A DNA stretch of 64,000 nt from Octopus vulgaris. Taxonomy: Eukaryota. Positions within the stretch are counted from its first letter, which is position 1, and each line of letters begins with the position of its first letter. The notes beneath the pieces are model-generated. The model ran no database searches, had not been told where the DNA came from, and saw only the letters and a list, made by a program, of their open reading frames with translations. The stretch spans positions 94,302,001 to 94,366,000 of the forward strand of contig OX597821.1 in the NCBI GenBank assembly GCA_951406725.2, given 5' to 3'. Shown in pieces: positions 14,755-28,068 of the stretch. The position numbers were made by a program, and so were the translations under genes.

Positions 14755-15168
14755 TACACACACACACGCACAGATACACACACACACACATGCAGAAGTG
14801 CGACGAATCATTTCTGGCACTTTTTAGCAGGCAATACTGCTACTATTAAGTAATAAATAAAAAATGAATTTAACAGTTGTTGTCTGTCCTTAAATTGTCG
14901 CACACATACCGCGCGCACACACAAACTTGTTGCCAGTTCAAATTTGCCTGAGGCATATTCGAACTCGTAAGAAAGCCATTCACTGTATTTTGTTATGGAT
15001 ACACTTTCTAACTGTCGCCAGATTGGTGTAAACACACCGAGTCAGTCGACAACAGTCTCTGATCAGACTGTTTGATGCATGCATTTCGGTGTTGTTATCT
15101 TCTCTTCAGGAACAGCAACCGTAAAGGCAGATGCTGTGATCTGACACGCGGGACAGATTGATCTAATC

Positions 15169-15420
15169 ATATTCCCGTAATCGTTGAATGAGTGGTTGCA
15201 CTATTCAGCTGCTCGCCGTACGTAAAATACGGAGTGACGGCACTAAACAGTGATGTATATAAATACAAAAGTATCACCAATTCAAAAATGCATGAGGCGT
15301 ATTTGAACCCCCACGAGAGCCATCCGCTGTATTCTGTTATGTTTAGCACGGTCACTCAACATTTTATTTACGATGAGCAGCTAAATAGTGCAATCAGTCA
15401 TTGAATGATGGCGGGAATAT
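15169..15420. mobile_element. MITE-like fold-back element with imperfect TIRs of about 80 bp
   Basis: ATATTCCCG..ATCGTTGAATGA..TTGCACTATTCAGCTGCTC is mirrored by GAGCAGCTAAATAGTGCAA..TCATTGAATGAT..CGGGAATAT; the spacer resembles 14930-15000. Confidence 0.75.
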
Positions 15421-15421
15421 T

Positions 15422-15561
15422 CTTTCCTACTCTAGGCACAAGGCCCGAAATTTTGGGCGAGTGGGCCAGTCAATTAGATCAACTGCAGTACGCAACTGGT
15501 ACTTAATTTATCAACCCCGAAAGGATGAAAGGCGAAGTCGACACCGACGGAATTTGAACTC
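15422..15561 (-). mobile_element. 5'-truncated SINE family B
   Basis: 17-bp TSD ATGATGGCGGGAATATT (15405-15421 and 15562-15578); central GCCTTTCATCCTTTCGGGGT domain. Confidence 0.88.
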
Positions 15562-15922
15562 ATGATGGCGGGAATATTATAAGAGGGACCATTCTCCAGT
15601 GTCAGTTCGCAGCCTCTGCTTTTCCAATCGCTGTTACTGAAGAAAAGATAACCACTCCAAAATGAAAGCATCCAACAATGTGGTTAGGGAATGCAGTGGA
15701 ATGATTCGGTGTATTTACACCTATCTATCTACAGCAAGAAATTTTCTCTATGAAAAAATGACTATTTATTTTTTAACAAGGAACTCTGGTTGTCATACGA
15801 GGGGAGAACGAACGCAGAATCTCTCTCTCTCTCTCTCACCCATCCCATACACATTTAAACACACACACACTCACATACTTATACACATACGCACACGCAC
15901 GCACACATATATACACGCATGT

Positions 15923-15961
<39 letters not shown>

Positions 15962-15979
15962 TACACGCATGCACGCACG

Positions 15980-16033
<54 letters not shown>

Positions 16034-16675
16034 TACATACATACATACATACATACATACATACATACATACATACATGTGCACGACGGTCTTCCACACA
16101 GTTTCTGTCTACGAAATTCACTAACAAAGCATTGATCAATTCTGGACTACAGTACAAGACACTCGCCTAAGGTGCCGTGCAGTTTGACCGAACCTGAAAC
16201 CTAGTGGTTGGAAAGTGAGCATTTAAACCACACTGTTATGCCTGTGCCTATAAATGAAACCGATGTCGACAAAAAATAAAATAGCAGAAAGTAAAACAAG
16301 ATAATATAATATTAAGCAAGATTGGAACCAGAGAACCCAGTTTGACTGTAATATATAATGTCTATACTGGTCTCTGATAAACATGCTAATGTTTAATTTC
16401 TATACGACACCCACAGCCAAATCAACAGAATTATATTTCTCTTGACCTAATGACCGGAACAAACATCCAACATTAAACAACTTTCTGAAATTTCGTGTGA
16501 CAGTCGAAGGTCATTCATGTTTTCAGTTATGACTAAATACAAGGTAGCAGGAGAGAAAAATGTAAAAAAATCAAAAAGCAAGTGAAGTAACCATGATATT
16601 TTCGTAATAAAAATTACATAATACAAAAATACACATATACATACGTACATACATATAGCAAGCTAGTTAGCTAGC

Positions 16676-16720
<45 letters not shown>

Positions 16721-16974
16721 GGAGGAAGGGGGAAGGAGAGAGAGATGTATATGTGAAAGTCCTTCTGAAGTGTTTAAAAATCTGAAAACAAGAGCTACAG
16801 CCCAAATAAGATCAATTGATATTTTGCTAATTTTAATATGGCGGTGGATCTATTTTTGAAACTGCTCGGCGAAACCAAGGGACTCTCTTCAGCAAAGTAT
16901 CTTCTAGTCAATCGGCAATACTATTAAGCGTTGTTAATATCTATAGGTATATAGGGCGGAGATCGTTACCACAC

Positions 16975-17160
16975 AGGACAAAATATTTAGCGGCATTTCG
17001 ACCGTCTTTATGTTCTGAGGTCAAATACTGCTGAGGTCGATTTGCCTGTCATCCTTTCGGGGTCGATAAAATAAGTACTAGTTAGGAACTGGGGGTCGAT
17101 GTAATCGACTTAGCCCCCCTCCTCTGAAATTACTGCCCTTATGCCAAAATTTGAAGCCAG
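16975..17160 (+). mobile_element. SINE family B, diverged copy
   Basis: GAGGTCGATTTGCCTGTCATCCTTTCGGGGTCGATAAAATAAGTAC core. Confidence 0.8.
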
Positions 17161-17520
17161 TATCCATAGAAATTAAGGGAATGTAAGTGATGTTGGTTAT
17201 ATGAAGAATATTACTGAAGGGAACATATGTCAGAAGGATATTTAGAAGTACTGAATACAAAAGTAGGAACTCGGATTTATAATAAGACTCGAAAAAAATC
17301 GATTAACAGAGAATGTTTATGCATTTATTAGACAAAATCTCCCTCAACAGATGTTTAAAAAAAATCTGCGACTATTTGATGAGCATTTTGAAAGCTAACG
17401 GCATGTATATACATATATACATTTATATACAGATTCATAAATACATGCATACATACATACATACATACACACACACATACATGCATATATACATATATAT
17501 GTATATATTTATATATATAT

Positions 17521-17593
<73 letters not shown>

Positions 17594-18750
17594 CATATAT
17601 ATATACATACATATATACATACATACATATATATATATACATATATATATATATACATACATATATTTATGCACACATACACACACACAAATATATATAT
17701 ATACACATATATATACATAATATATATATATATATATATATATTTACATATATATACATACATATATATATATATATATATACACATCATCATCATCATA
17801 GACACAGTCGCTGATATAAGCATGCCTATATGCATAAATATAAACATACACAAAATTATATAGATGTCGACAGAGTAAAAGGAACATACAGAGAGAGAAA
17901 GCTGGAAGAAAAGAAAGTGATTGAAGGAAAAGATGAATTAATATCATATGGATCAGGATGAAGAGAAATGACCGGGATAGAAGGGCGAAACTACATCAGC
18001 TTTTACTCTAACAATATAGTGTACGTGTGCGTGTGGTAGTGTGTGTAATGTATGGGTTTTGGATGTATTGTAAGGCCGGATTAAATAACAATGCCTCTTA
18101 ATAAGCAAGGTGGCACACAAAGCCTTGTTCAAAGTATTTATTATATAAACACTTGATTGAGGCTCTGCAGGCTATAGATGACAATAGTCACGTCCAATAA
18201 ATTCCAAATTCACTAGATACAACGTTAGCAGATTTGTTTCTGAACAGCGAAGGTCAGAAGTCGGTCTATTAAATAAACTAATTTTCACATAAATTGTGAA
18301 TAGGCTCAGATATGTTAGGTTTAATAACATACATAACAAAATGCATTCAGCCTTTCTTTGTAAACGAACTCTGTGATTACAAACAGGGGATTTCTCTATA
18401 GGATAAAATCAGTTATTGCCGTTGTATCATGTATATCTGTCAATTCGTATTTGTCCACCTGAGTGAGGAAGTAGCAGTGAACTACTTACAATAAATGCTA
18501 TGAATAACAATTTGCAGTTACGTAATTGAACCCCGAACCACGTGTATTGGGTTCAACCCGCTGCACCACACTTTGGATAAGTAACTTCTATTATACTTCA
18601 GCGGTGGTGCCCCAGCAAGGCCGCGGCCTTCGGGCTAAAACATTTTAAAGGATTTTAAGGATATACTCTCAAGCCAACCAATGCCTTGTGAATGATTGTG
18701 GTAATTTATAGATAGAAAGTTTGCAGTAACCGATCGTACATACGTATTTG

Positions 18751-18853
<103 letters not shown>

Positions 18854-18863
18854 GAATATGTAT

Positions 18864-19222
18864 GTTAGTTAGTTAATTTTTTGGCTCAAAAAGCAAAAAG
18901 CAAGACCATGTAGGGGGACATGGAGTTATGTACAGGGTGGTGTTCATGTAAAGAGTTCAGGCCACTTGTGGTCAAGCGAGACTTTGAACCGAGCGGTCGT
19001 CGGCATCTTCACCATCTCGTCTGGCAGCTTATTCCACGGATCCGCAACCCGGACGGAGAAAGACCCTCTCCTTCGATTGAGATGAAATCGTCGCAGATAG
19101 AGCTTTTCCGAGTGACCCCGCAAGGAGTGAAGAACAGCTCTTTCGAGAGGTTACACTTTCCGCTTATGATGTTGTGAGCAAGAATGAGATCTCTACGGCG
19201 TCGTCGTTTTTCTAGAGAATAA
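18864..19222 (-). mobile_element. 3' end of a CR1-group LINE
   Basis: Minus-strand translation YSLEKRRRRRDLILAHNII...RGHSEKLYLRRFHLNRRRGSFSVRVADPWNKLPDEMV...FKVSLD is a typical CR1 ORF2 C-terminus; short (CTAA)n tail. Confidence 0.85.
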
Positions 19223-19516
19223 ATGTATATTTAGCTAACGTGTGTCTATGAATATATATATAAACAATCATGCACAACACTTGCACCTTCAGTATTTTAA
19301 TGCTTATATAGTTCCATTTACTTGTTGGGTTATTTCTAATGTCTGCCGTTTGAGAAAGTTAGCTCGAACAAAGCGAGATATTAAAAAATTCGAGATTGAA
19401 AAACACTGCCTAATTACCATATGTAGGGGTGTGTATGTGTGTGTCTATGTGTGTGTATGTGTGTATGTAATGTATATATGCATATATATATATACACACA
19501 CACACATATATATATA

Positions 19517-19901
19517 CTCTTTTACTCTTTTACTTGTTTCAGTCATTAGACTGCGGCCATGCTGGAGCACCGCCTTTAGTCGAGCAAATCGACCCCGGAA
19601 CTTATTCTTTGTAAGCCCAGTACTTATTCTATCGGTCTCTTTTGCTGAACCGCTAAGTGACGGGGACGTAAACACACACCAGCATCGGTTGTCAAGCAAT
19701 GCTAGGGGGACAAACACACACACACATACATACATATATACGACAGGCTTCTTTCAGTTTTCGTCTACCAAATCCACTCACAAGGCATTGGTCGGCCCGG
19801 GGCTATAGCAGAAGACACTTGCCCAAGATGCCACGCAGTGGTATTGAACCCAGAACGATGTGGTTGGTTAGCAAGCTACTTACCACACAGCCACTCCTGC
19901 G

Positions 19902-19902
<1 letters not shown>
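19517..19902 (-). mobile_element. Full-length SINE family A
   Basis: Near-identical to 32155-32577; flanked by TA tracts. Confidence 0.9.
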
Positions 19903-19949
<47 letters not shown>

Positions 19950-19964
19950 TCACACATGCACACA

Positions 19965-20027
<63 letters not shown>

Positions 20028-20457
20028 CTTAATGAAATTTGAATTTACACCAGGTTTATATTTTTCTCTTTCATATATCTTTTCTATAATCGTTAACGTT
20101 TGCTCCCACCTCCTCCCCAACCCTGATATTATCTGCGCTTAGTGGCTATTTGAATAGATATATTATTCATTTTAGCAAAAGTCGATATTTAATTCTTTTT
20201 ATGTTTAGTGTATCTGTTTAATCTAAGACTGGCTGAGAGTAATTTGTTGAACTGTTTGAAGCTATATGAAAAATTAATAATTAATCAATCAATCAATCGA
20301 TCAATCAATGAATCAATCAAATCAACCATCGCTGATTGGATAAAGATCTTCGTTGTATTTTTCTGTAATGTTCAGCTTGACTATCTATCTCTAGTCAAAT
20401 ATATCGACTTCATTCCGTCTTACATATATCTATCTACACACACACGCGCGTGTACAC

Positions 20458-20490
<33 letters not shown>

Positions 20491-20585
20491 TGCACACACA
20501 TACACACACATGCACACATACGTATACGTACACTTATAAAATGCAAATTAGTAGCACTGAAAGAACGGAACGACTAGATTTGATG

Positions 20586-20678
<93 letters not shown>

Positions 20679-20755
20679 GTATATATATATATGTATGTAT
20701 ATATATGTATATATATATATGTATGTATATATATGTATATATATATGTATGTATA

Positions 20756-20826
<71 letters not shown>

Positions 20827-21171
20827 AGAATGACTATTTCTTCCCCTGGCATAGGTCAAAACATCTCTGATAAGACCCCAATTAGAGGTAAAAATTGATT
20901 AAAACTATTCATAATTTTTTCAGTCAACAAATAAATAAGACAAATGTTTGCATGTCTGCTATATCTGTATGAAAGCCTGAACATGTGAGAATTTAGAGAA
21001 TTCGGTAGATAGGGAGCGATAAAATATTGGACTAAAATAAATTCTGTGAGCAATTTTGTGGAACTAAAACTCCTTGCAGCCGCTGACTCAGTATACTCGC
21101 AGCCCAATATTTAAAACTATAAAAATTTAGAACAATACAATAAGCAATGCCGGTTAATTATCCACTAGAGT

Positions 21172-21920
21172 AAATTGAATCAATTGTGTATATGAAAAAA
21201 ATTTGATCAATTGTCCACTAGATCAAATTCCATCTGTTGGCCACTAGAGCAAATTTGATCTAATATGCACCTAAACAAATTCGATCAATCATTCGGAAGA
21301 GCATATTCGAACAAATGTACTCTTGAGCGAAGTTGATCGGTTATTTGCTATATCAAATTCGACCAATTGTCTATTTGAGTAAATTCGATCGACAGTCCAT
21401 TTAAGCAAAGTCGAGCAACTGTCTGCTAGTTTAAATTCGATCAATTGTCCATTTGAGTAAATTCGATCAATTGTCCATTTGAGTAAATTCGATCAAGTGT
21501 GTGCCAGAGTAAATTTGACCAGTTCTCCACTTAAGCAAGTCCGAGCATCTGTCCACATGAGCAGATTCGAGCAATTGTCCATTAGATTAAAACTCAATCA
21601 TTTGTCCATTTAAAAAAATTCGATCAATTGTCTGATAGATCAAATTCGATCAACTGTCTATTTAAGCAAATTCAATCATCTGTCTGCGAATGAAATTTGA
21701 TTAATTCTCCACTTGAGCAAAATCGATCAATTGTTCACATGAAAAAATTCAACCAAAGGTCCGCTAAATTAAATTCAGTCAGTTGTCCATTTGAACAAAT
21801 TCGATCCGCTGTCCACCTGAGCAAATTCGATCAATTTTTTGCTAGAACAAATTCGATCAAGTGTCCATTTGAGTACATTCGATCAACTGTCCACCTAAGC
21901 AAATTCAATCAACTGTCCAT
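21172..21920. repeat. 26-bp degenerate minisatellite, about 29 units
   Basis: Consensus AAATTCGATCAATTGTCCATTTGAG(C/T); units are contiguous with no spacers. Confidence 0.92.
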
Positions 21921-22299
21921 CGGAGACGAAAGTAGAAGATGCAGCTGCAAATATCGTGCAATGGGATCGAACCTGTGGCCGCAGCTGCGCCTATGCGCAC
22001 AACCTCCCAACCACACACACACACATATACACACACATACACTGCTAATAAACCCTCATACATGATAAGAATAAATAGTTTTCATAACTTTTCCTTTTTG
22101 TTTATTTTGCTTATTTACTTAGGTTTTCAATGTTTACAAATAAAATTCGTCGGATTCTGTCTTTGAACTACATAATGATATTGTATCAGAGTATATCCTA
22201 TTGGTGTTGTTGACGTTCTTGTTGATGTTTAACTTATGATTAGCCTTGATCAGACTATGATCACAATGATTCTAAACATCATTATTTCTAGAGTACAAG

Positions 22300-22510
22300 T
22301 CAGAGAGCTGGCAGAATCATTAGAGCACCGGACAAAATGCGTAGCGACATTTCTTCTGGCGCTTTACGTTCGAGCTCAAATTCTGGTCAACTTTGCTTTT
22401 CATCTTTTCGGGGTAGATGAAATAAAGTCCCAGTCGAGTACTGGGCTCAATATAATCTACTAATATCCTCCCACTAAAATTGCTGACCCAGTACTTAAAT
22501 TTGAAACCAC
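22300..22510 (+). mobile_element. SINE family B, diverged copy
   Basis: GAGCTGGCAGAATCATTAGAGCACCGG head and TTTTCATCTTTTCGGGGTAGAT core. Confidence 0.75.
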
Positions 22511-23744
22511 TATTTTCAGAGTACACTAGATAATTTAGCAATAAAAAGATGAAGTGTGGCTTCAGGAGGAAATAACTACTATTTCTATTCTTTTAAGTGG
22601 CCATGCAAAGGTTCCTTCGTCCGCTTCATCAACATGTATTGTGTACAGATGTATTTATGGGTCTGTATAACGTAATCCAGGAGCTGGTGAAACGAATTTG
22701 GGTTTTGGATGTTTTGATGGTAGAAAGCCTGTCATGTTTACAGGAAATATGGGTTCGTGTCCAACAGGCAGCCTTCGATTATTTTTGTCCAAAGTGTTCT
22801 TAACCCAGTATTTACATACTATTGTTTATAGCTTTATCTGCTTTCAAGATTCACCGTTTTAAAGAAGAATTATTTCACGTTCTCTTGAAAGTTTCTTAAT
22901 TAAACACACACACATATATATACATACACACACACATACATACATGCATACATACATACATACATACATACATACATACATACATACATACATACATACA
23001 TACATACATACATGTGTGTGTGTGCGAGCCTTTGTGTGTTACATATACAAGAGAAAAATAGGGACAGACATCCAGGAAATTGTTTAAGTGCGTGAGAAGT
23101 GAATGCATCAGGTGTTTAGATGGGAGCTGTATACTTAGTAGTTATGCTTTATGATATTTTAGAGGCTAGGCATTATTAGTTTCAATCGCACCGGGTCAAT
23201 TAACTCTTTGGATCAATAAATACGTATCAGTAAATCTAAGAGTTTAAAGTTAAATCTTCATTCTAAGATTTTGGTAGCTGTAGTAGCCAGGGAAAGAACT
23301 GATTTGAATAACCTCCGATAACGATTAGAATAACTCTTTAAATCTTGTTCTGTCTCATAAGTCAAGCAGGAGTAACTGTTATGGAAACTTTTACGTTAAA
23401 TCATTTAATTTCCTTTCGACACTTCTCGCCATAAGCTTCTAAGGTTTTGCGATTGCGTAAGACGATTTAATTACAAAGAAAGCATTAAATTAAAGATTTC
23501 AAATTCTAATCACGTTTAAGTCAAATGAAAATACACAGACGAGACATGCATTACACATGTGCAGGCATTCAAAAGAAACTTAACATTCGACGGAAGCGGC
23601 GTGTTGATATAAGGATGTTAATGTATAAAGTAGCTTTTGTTCAAGGAACGTAATGTCGAGGTCATTCAAACAAGGCGTCAATAAGTAGACCTGAGTTCAA
23701 GTCACCACAAATCCCACAATTTTCGTTCTAATATACGATGGATA

Positions 23745-24200
23745 AGACGGTGAACTGGCAGGACCATTAACATGCCGGGCAATGCTGCGCAGCATTTCGT
23801 CTGTCTTTACATTCTGAGTTCAAATCCCGTCAAAGTCGGCTTTGAATTTTATCCTTTCGGGGCCGATAAAATAAGTATCGGTTGAGTACTGGGATCGATG
23901 TAATCGACTAGCTGTCCCCCCACCCACACACACCACCACGAATTTACTGGTCTTGCGCTATAATTTGAAACTAATGTATAATTATGTAGAAAGCCCTGAG
24001 CTGGCAGAACGGTTAACACGCCGGACAAAATATTTCGCAGCCTTTCGTCCATCTTTACGTTCTGAGTTCAAATTCCGCCTAGGTCAACATTGATTTTTAT
24101 CCCTTCGGGGTAGATAAAACAAGTGCCAGTTGAGTACTGGGATCGATGTAACTGACTTACCCACTTCTTCGAACTTGCTGGCCTTGTACCAAAATTTGGA
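23745..24200 (+). mobile_element. Two tandem diverged SINE family B copies
   Basis: Head and core motifs repeated at about 23750 and 23997. Confidence 0.8.
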
Positions 24201-24604
24201 ATCGATATTTACAAGGTATATCTGAAATGCATATCAATTGGTTGTAGGCAAACAGTTGTTTTAACCGTTCGTATCTTAGGTTAAGGAGAAACATTCGATT
24301 ATTTGTGGTTCCAATAAGAGGATTGCAGTCATGCAAAGAAACAGCTTTGAAGGATATAATCGATCTTATTGATTCCACTATATATTTCAATTTCGCATTT
24401 ATTTTATCGATTTCTATCGAATACTTATAGCTACTCTTTTTTGAAGTTATATAGTTTTACACCGGTAAAAAAAATATACACACGCACACAAACACAGACA
24501 CACACACGTACGCACGCACACGTATATTATGTATATCTCTCCCTCTTCCTCTCTCTTTCTCTCTTACATCCTTGCTTTCGCACACACTATGTGTGTGAGT
24601 GTAT

Positions 24605-24666
<62 letters not shown>

Positions 24667-24866
24667 GCATACATACAAACATACATACATACGTGTGTGT
24701 AAATATACATTCATATATAGATGTATGTATGTGTTTATTTCCCGGTGCAAAACCCTAAAATCTAGTAATACGTCAAAAAATTAACTTCAGATATTTGAAA
24801 AATGTTGATAAATAATACACACGCACGATAAAGTGACCTAGGTCATTTCAGAACATTTATAGATAA

Positions 24867-24914
24867 GTCTTACAGCTGTTTCCGGGATATTTTATATATT
24901 CCTTCTTCGGAGAC
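24867..24914 (-). ncRNA. Minimal hammerhead motif with U4C core in a PLE-type repeat
   Basis: Minus strand reads GTCT-CCGAAGA-AGGAATAT-ATAAA-ATATCCCG-GAAA-CAGCTG-TA-AGAC: 4-bp stem I, palindromic stem III, GUA site. Confidence 0.65.
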
Positions 24915-25127
24915 GGCGTGAGAAAATGGTTAAACAATAGTTATTCTAGATTAAATATGAAATAGAGAGTGAAGTGGAGGAATGAAAATAGACGTGAGAT
25001 ATGCAGGGATATTGTATCCTCATTCGCATAATCACCGAACCTGGGGCTTAACTATTTTGTCTTCCCATAGCACTTACTCAGCATTACCTGACACCTTGGG
25101 ATCTTATTGAGACCATTACCTCTCATA

Positions 25128-25214
<87 letters not shown>

Positions 25215-25386
25215 GAGATAAAACCACTATTAGGCAAATCAAACAGTGAAAAACATAAACCAAAACATAGAAATAAAACTAATTAATATAATATACAAAA
25301 TATATAAAATATAAAATTCAAAATTTAAATTATTTAAATTTAAAGTTAAAATAATTTTTTTTTTAATTATCAATTTATACTTATAA

Positions 25387-25424
<38 letters not shown>

Positions 25425-25864
25425 TTTTATTATTTATATTTTTTATTTTTAAAATTATATATTTATTTATTATTTTTTAAAAATATATATAACTATCAAA
25501 AAGTATTAAAAAGTTTAATATAAGATAAAAAGATACGCACACAACGGGCTTCTTTCTGAGATTGAACGTGGAACCATGTGGTTGGGAAGCAATCTTCTTA
25601 CCACACAACTACACCTGAACCGATGGCAGATAGATCTTAAAGCAATCTTACATGGACCTCCAACTGTCAAATTAACTTCTGTTGGGAACCACTGATTTGG
25701 GCCCTTGTAAATCCAATATTAAAATTGACTTCGATATGAATCGAATCTTCGTTATATCTCAGAGGCAATATGTTGAAAAAAAAAGAGAAAAATTTTAAAA
25801 AAAGAACGGAGAAATGACTGCAAAAAAAAAAAGAAATATTTGTTTTGGGCAGACGTCGGAGGTA

Positions 25865-26082
25865 AACACCGCCACCACCACTACAACCACAACCATTACC
25901 ACCACAACCACAACCATTACCACCACCATCACCACTATTATATCAAACACCACCACCACCAGCACTACTACCAACACTACCATGACCACCACCACAACTA
26001 CAACCGTTACCACCACCGTCACCACTACTATCTCAAACAACACCACCACCACCACCACCACCACCAACATCAACAACAACAG
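25865..26082. repeat. Degenerate (ACC/ACT/ACA)n trinucleotide repeat
   Basis: Directly visible; gives poly-Thr, poly-His and poly-Val ORFs. Confidence 0.9.
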
Positions 26083-26164
26083 CCTTCATTGTATTGCAGC
26101 AGGTAAAACAGAAGATATATCACCAATATCGATCTGAAACAAGGAGCTTCGTCAGAGTGAAGAA

Positions 26165-26297
26165 TGGAAACGTCTAAACCAGTCGTACACTTGTGTACGG
26201 CTCATACACTGTTCTCCCTACACTTTCTGCAACTATGCGTAGGTGTCGCCATGGCACCTTTCTCCGCCATGGTCGATGTTACTATTACACGTTACAC
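26165..26297 (-). mobile_element. Inverted partial copy of the mariner element at 27068
   Basis: Reverse complement matches about 27213-27357, including the junction ATGGCGGAGAAAG.TG.CATGGCGACAC. Confidence 0.85.
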
Positions 26298-26495
26298 TAT
26301 TACACATATTACACATATTACTCTTACAGAGTAAGAGCATAAAAAGGTAAAGGGAGAAGTTGAATTGATAAATAGTAAGTGATGTAAGTCAATTGTTGTT
26401 CATCAGTACTACTCCATTTTCTGTTTTCTTGTATATATATATATAGATAGATAGATATGCATGTATGTATGTGTGTGTGTATGTATATATATATA

Positions 26496-26540
<45 letters not shown>

Positions 26541-26543
<3 letters not shown>

Positions 26544-26783
26544 AATATGAGAGAGAATGCACTATGTGGACGCTCTTACGCTAGATATAGATCCGCAAAG
26601 GGACTCAACCCTTTGCGGATCTATATCTAGCGTAAGAGCGTCCACATAGTGGATTCTCTCTCATATTTGTGTATTAATAATATTTACTGAATCTCAGTCT
26701 TTTATGCGCTAGACCACTGGTGTTTAAACTGATGTTATTAAATTAATATCCAATTTTTTCACCCTCATTTTGACTTTATTATA

Positions 26784-26785
<2 letters not shown>
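26541..26785. mobile_element. TA-embedded element ending in a near-perfect hairpin with 62-bp arms
   Basis: 26541-26602 pairs with 26609-26670 (one mismatch, loop ACTCAA); (TA)n on both sides. Confidence 0.8.
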
Positions 26786-26849
<64 letters not shown>

Positions 26850-26852
<3 letters not shown>

Positions 26853-27045
26853 ATAAATGAGGGTGAAAAATCGATATTAATTTAATAATACCATTAATTT
26901 AACACCAAGTGGCTTAGCACAAAAAACTACGGAGAAAATACAAATTTATACATAAATTATTAGAGAGTTATCTACTATGTGGATAACTCTAGTGCTATTT
27001 TTAGCACTAGAGTTATCCACATAGTAATACTCTCTAATAATTTAT
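26850..27045. mobile_element. Related TA-embedded element ending in a hairpin with arms of about 45 bp
   Basis: Begins AAATGAGGGTGAAAAATCGATATTAATTTAATAA, an inverted relative of 26735-26770; 26952-26997 pairs with 27002-27045. Confidence 0.75.
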
Positions 27046-27067
27046 ATATATATATATATATTATGCA

Positions 27068-27900
27068 CGAGGTCTGATCAATAAGTATTCGGACTGTTGC
27101 TATAGTAACGAAGCTGAAGCACGCAGAGTGAAGCCGCTCGGCATAAATTGACATTGGACTCTGCTGTGCATGTGAACTAAGTTTTAATGTTCTAGCTCAT
27201 TCGAAGTAATATGTGTAACGTGTAATAGTCACATTGACCATGGCGGAGAAAGTTGTCATGGCGACACCTGCTCAGTGACCTACGCATAGTTGCAGAAAGT
27301 GTATGGAGAGGAGTGTATGAGCCGTGCACAAGTGTACGACTGGTTTAGACGTTTCCAAGAGAGGCGAAAAAATGTCGATATGGACGAACATTCTGGGAGA
27401 CCGGCAACCAGCAGAACTGAGAAAAACATTGCAGATATGCGTGCAGCTGTAAGAGGGAATCATCGAATCACCATCCGTGTGTTATTAGAGGAGGTGTAGA
27501 TTAGTTACGGTTCAGTTCAGTTCATTATCACTAAAGACTTGGGCATGAGACGCGTTTCTGCCAAGTTTGTGCCAAAACTGTTTTCAGTTGACCAAAAAGA
27601 CACTCGGGTATCAATTGTAAAGCTCTCCTTGACTGTATCGAGAACGATGGAAACTTTTTGAAAACTTTTCGTAGGACTCTGAGCCGGTATCACCAAGCTT
27701 TAGTCAAAATTTGATGCAGATTCTCTGCTCAACTTTCTCTGTCATTGTCAACACACCTTCCTTCCAAGCACTGGTGTAATCAGCGGAAGTGAGTTAGAAC
27801 GTCATGCACAGCAGATTTCAAGTTCAGTCAATCTGTAACAAGCTCCTTTACTCTGCGTGATTTAGCTTCGTTACTATGGCAACAGTCAAGATACTTATTG
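27068..27900 (+). mobile_element. Non-autonomous mariner (Tc1/mariner) deletion derivative
   Basis: TIR CAATAAGTATTCGGACTGTTGCTATAGTAACGAAGCT is mirrored at 27864-27900; transposase HTH remnant QKVYGEECMSRAQVYDWFRRF...HSGRPATS and LGMRRVSAKFVPKL; catalytic domain absent. Confidence 0.92.
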
Positions 27901-27964
27901 TTATGTATATATATATATATATATATATATAAACCGTTAGATTCACTTCAACATTTAAATTTAA

Positions 27965-28015
27965 TTTGTCAAAATATTTTCGTCGCTTTGAGACCGCGAC
28001 CTGTTCACTGACAAA
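27965..28015 (-). ncRNA. Minimal hammerhead motif, G3-C8 core variant, in a 100-bp TA-flanked insert (27931-28030)
   Basis: Minus strand reads TTTGTCA-GTGAACA-G-GTCGC-GGTCTCAAA-GCGAC-GAAA-ATAT-TT-TGACAAA. Confidence 0.7.
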
Positions 28016-28028
28016 ACTTCGTGCTGCA

Positions 28029-28068
<40 letters not shown>

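Noticed and set aside
20864-20905. Hammerhead at CTGATAAGACC...GGTAAAAATTGATTA
   Set aside because: G8 and G12 are lost and stem I is absent; at most a dead relic.
21172-21920. CRISPR array
   Set aside because: Units are contiguous and degenerate with no unique spacers; eukaryotic context and no cas genes.
25814-26137. Mucin-like Thr-rich ORF
   Set aside because: Translation of an ACC-type trinucleotide repeat that is open in several frames; no signal peptide or supported splice context.
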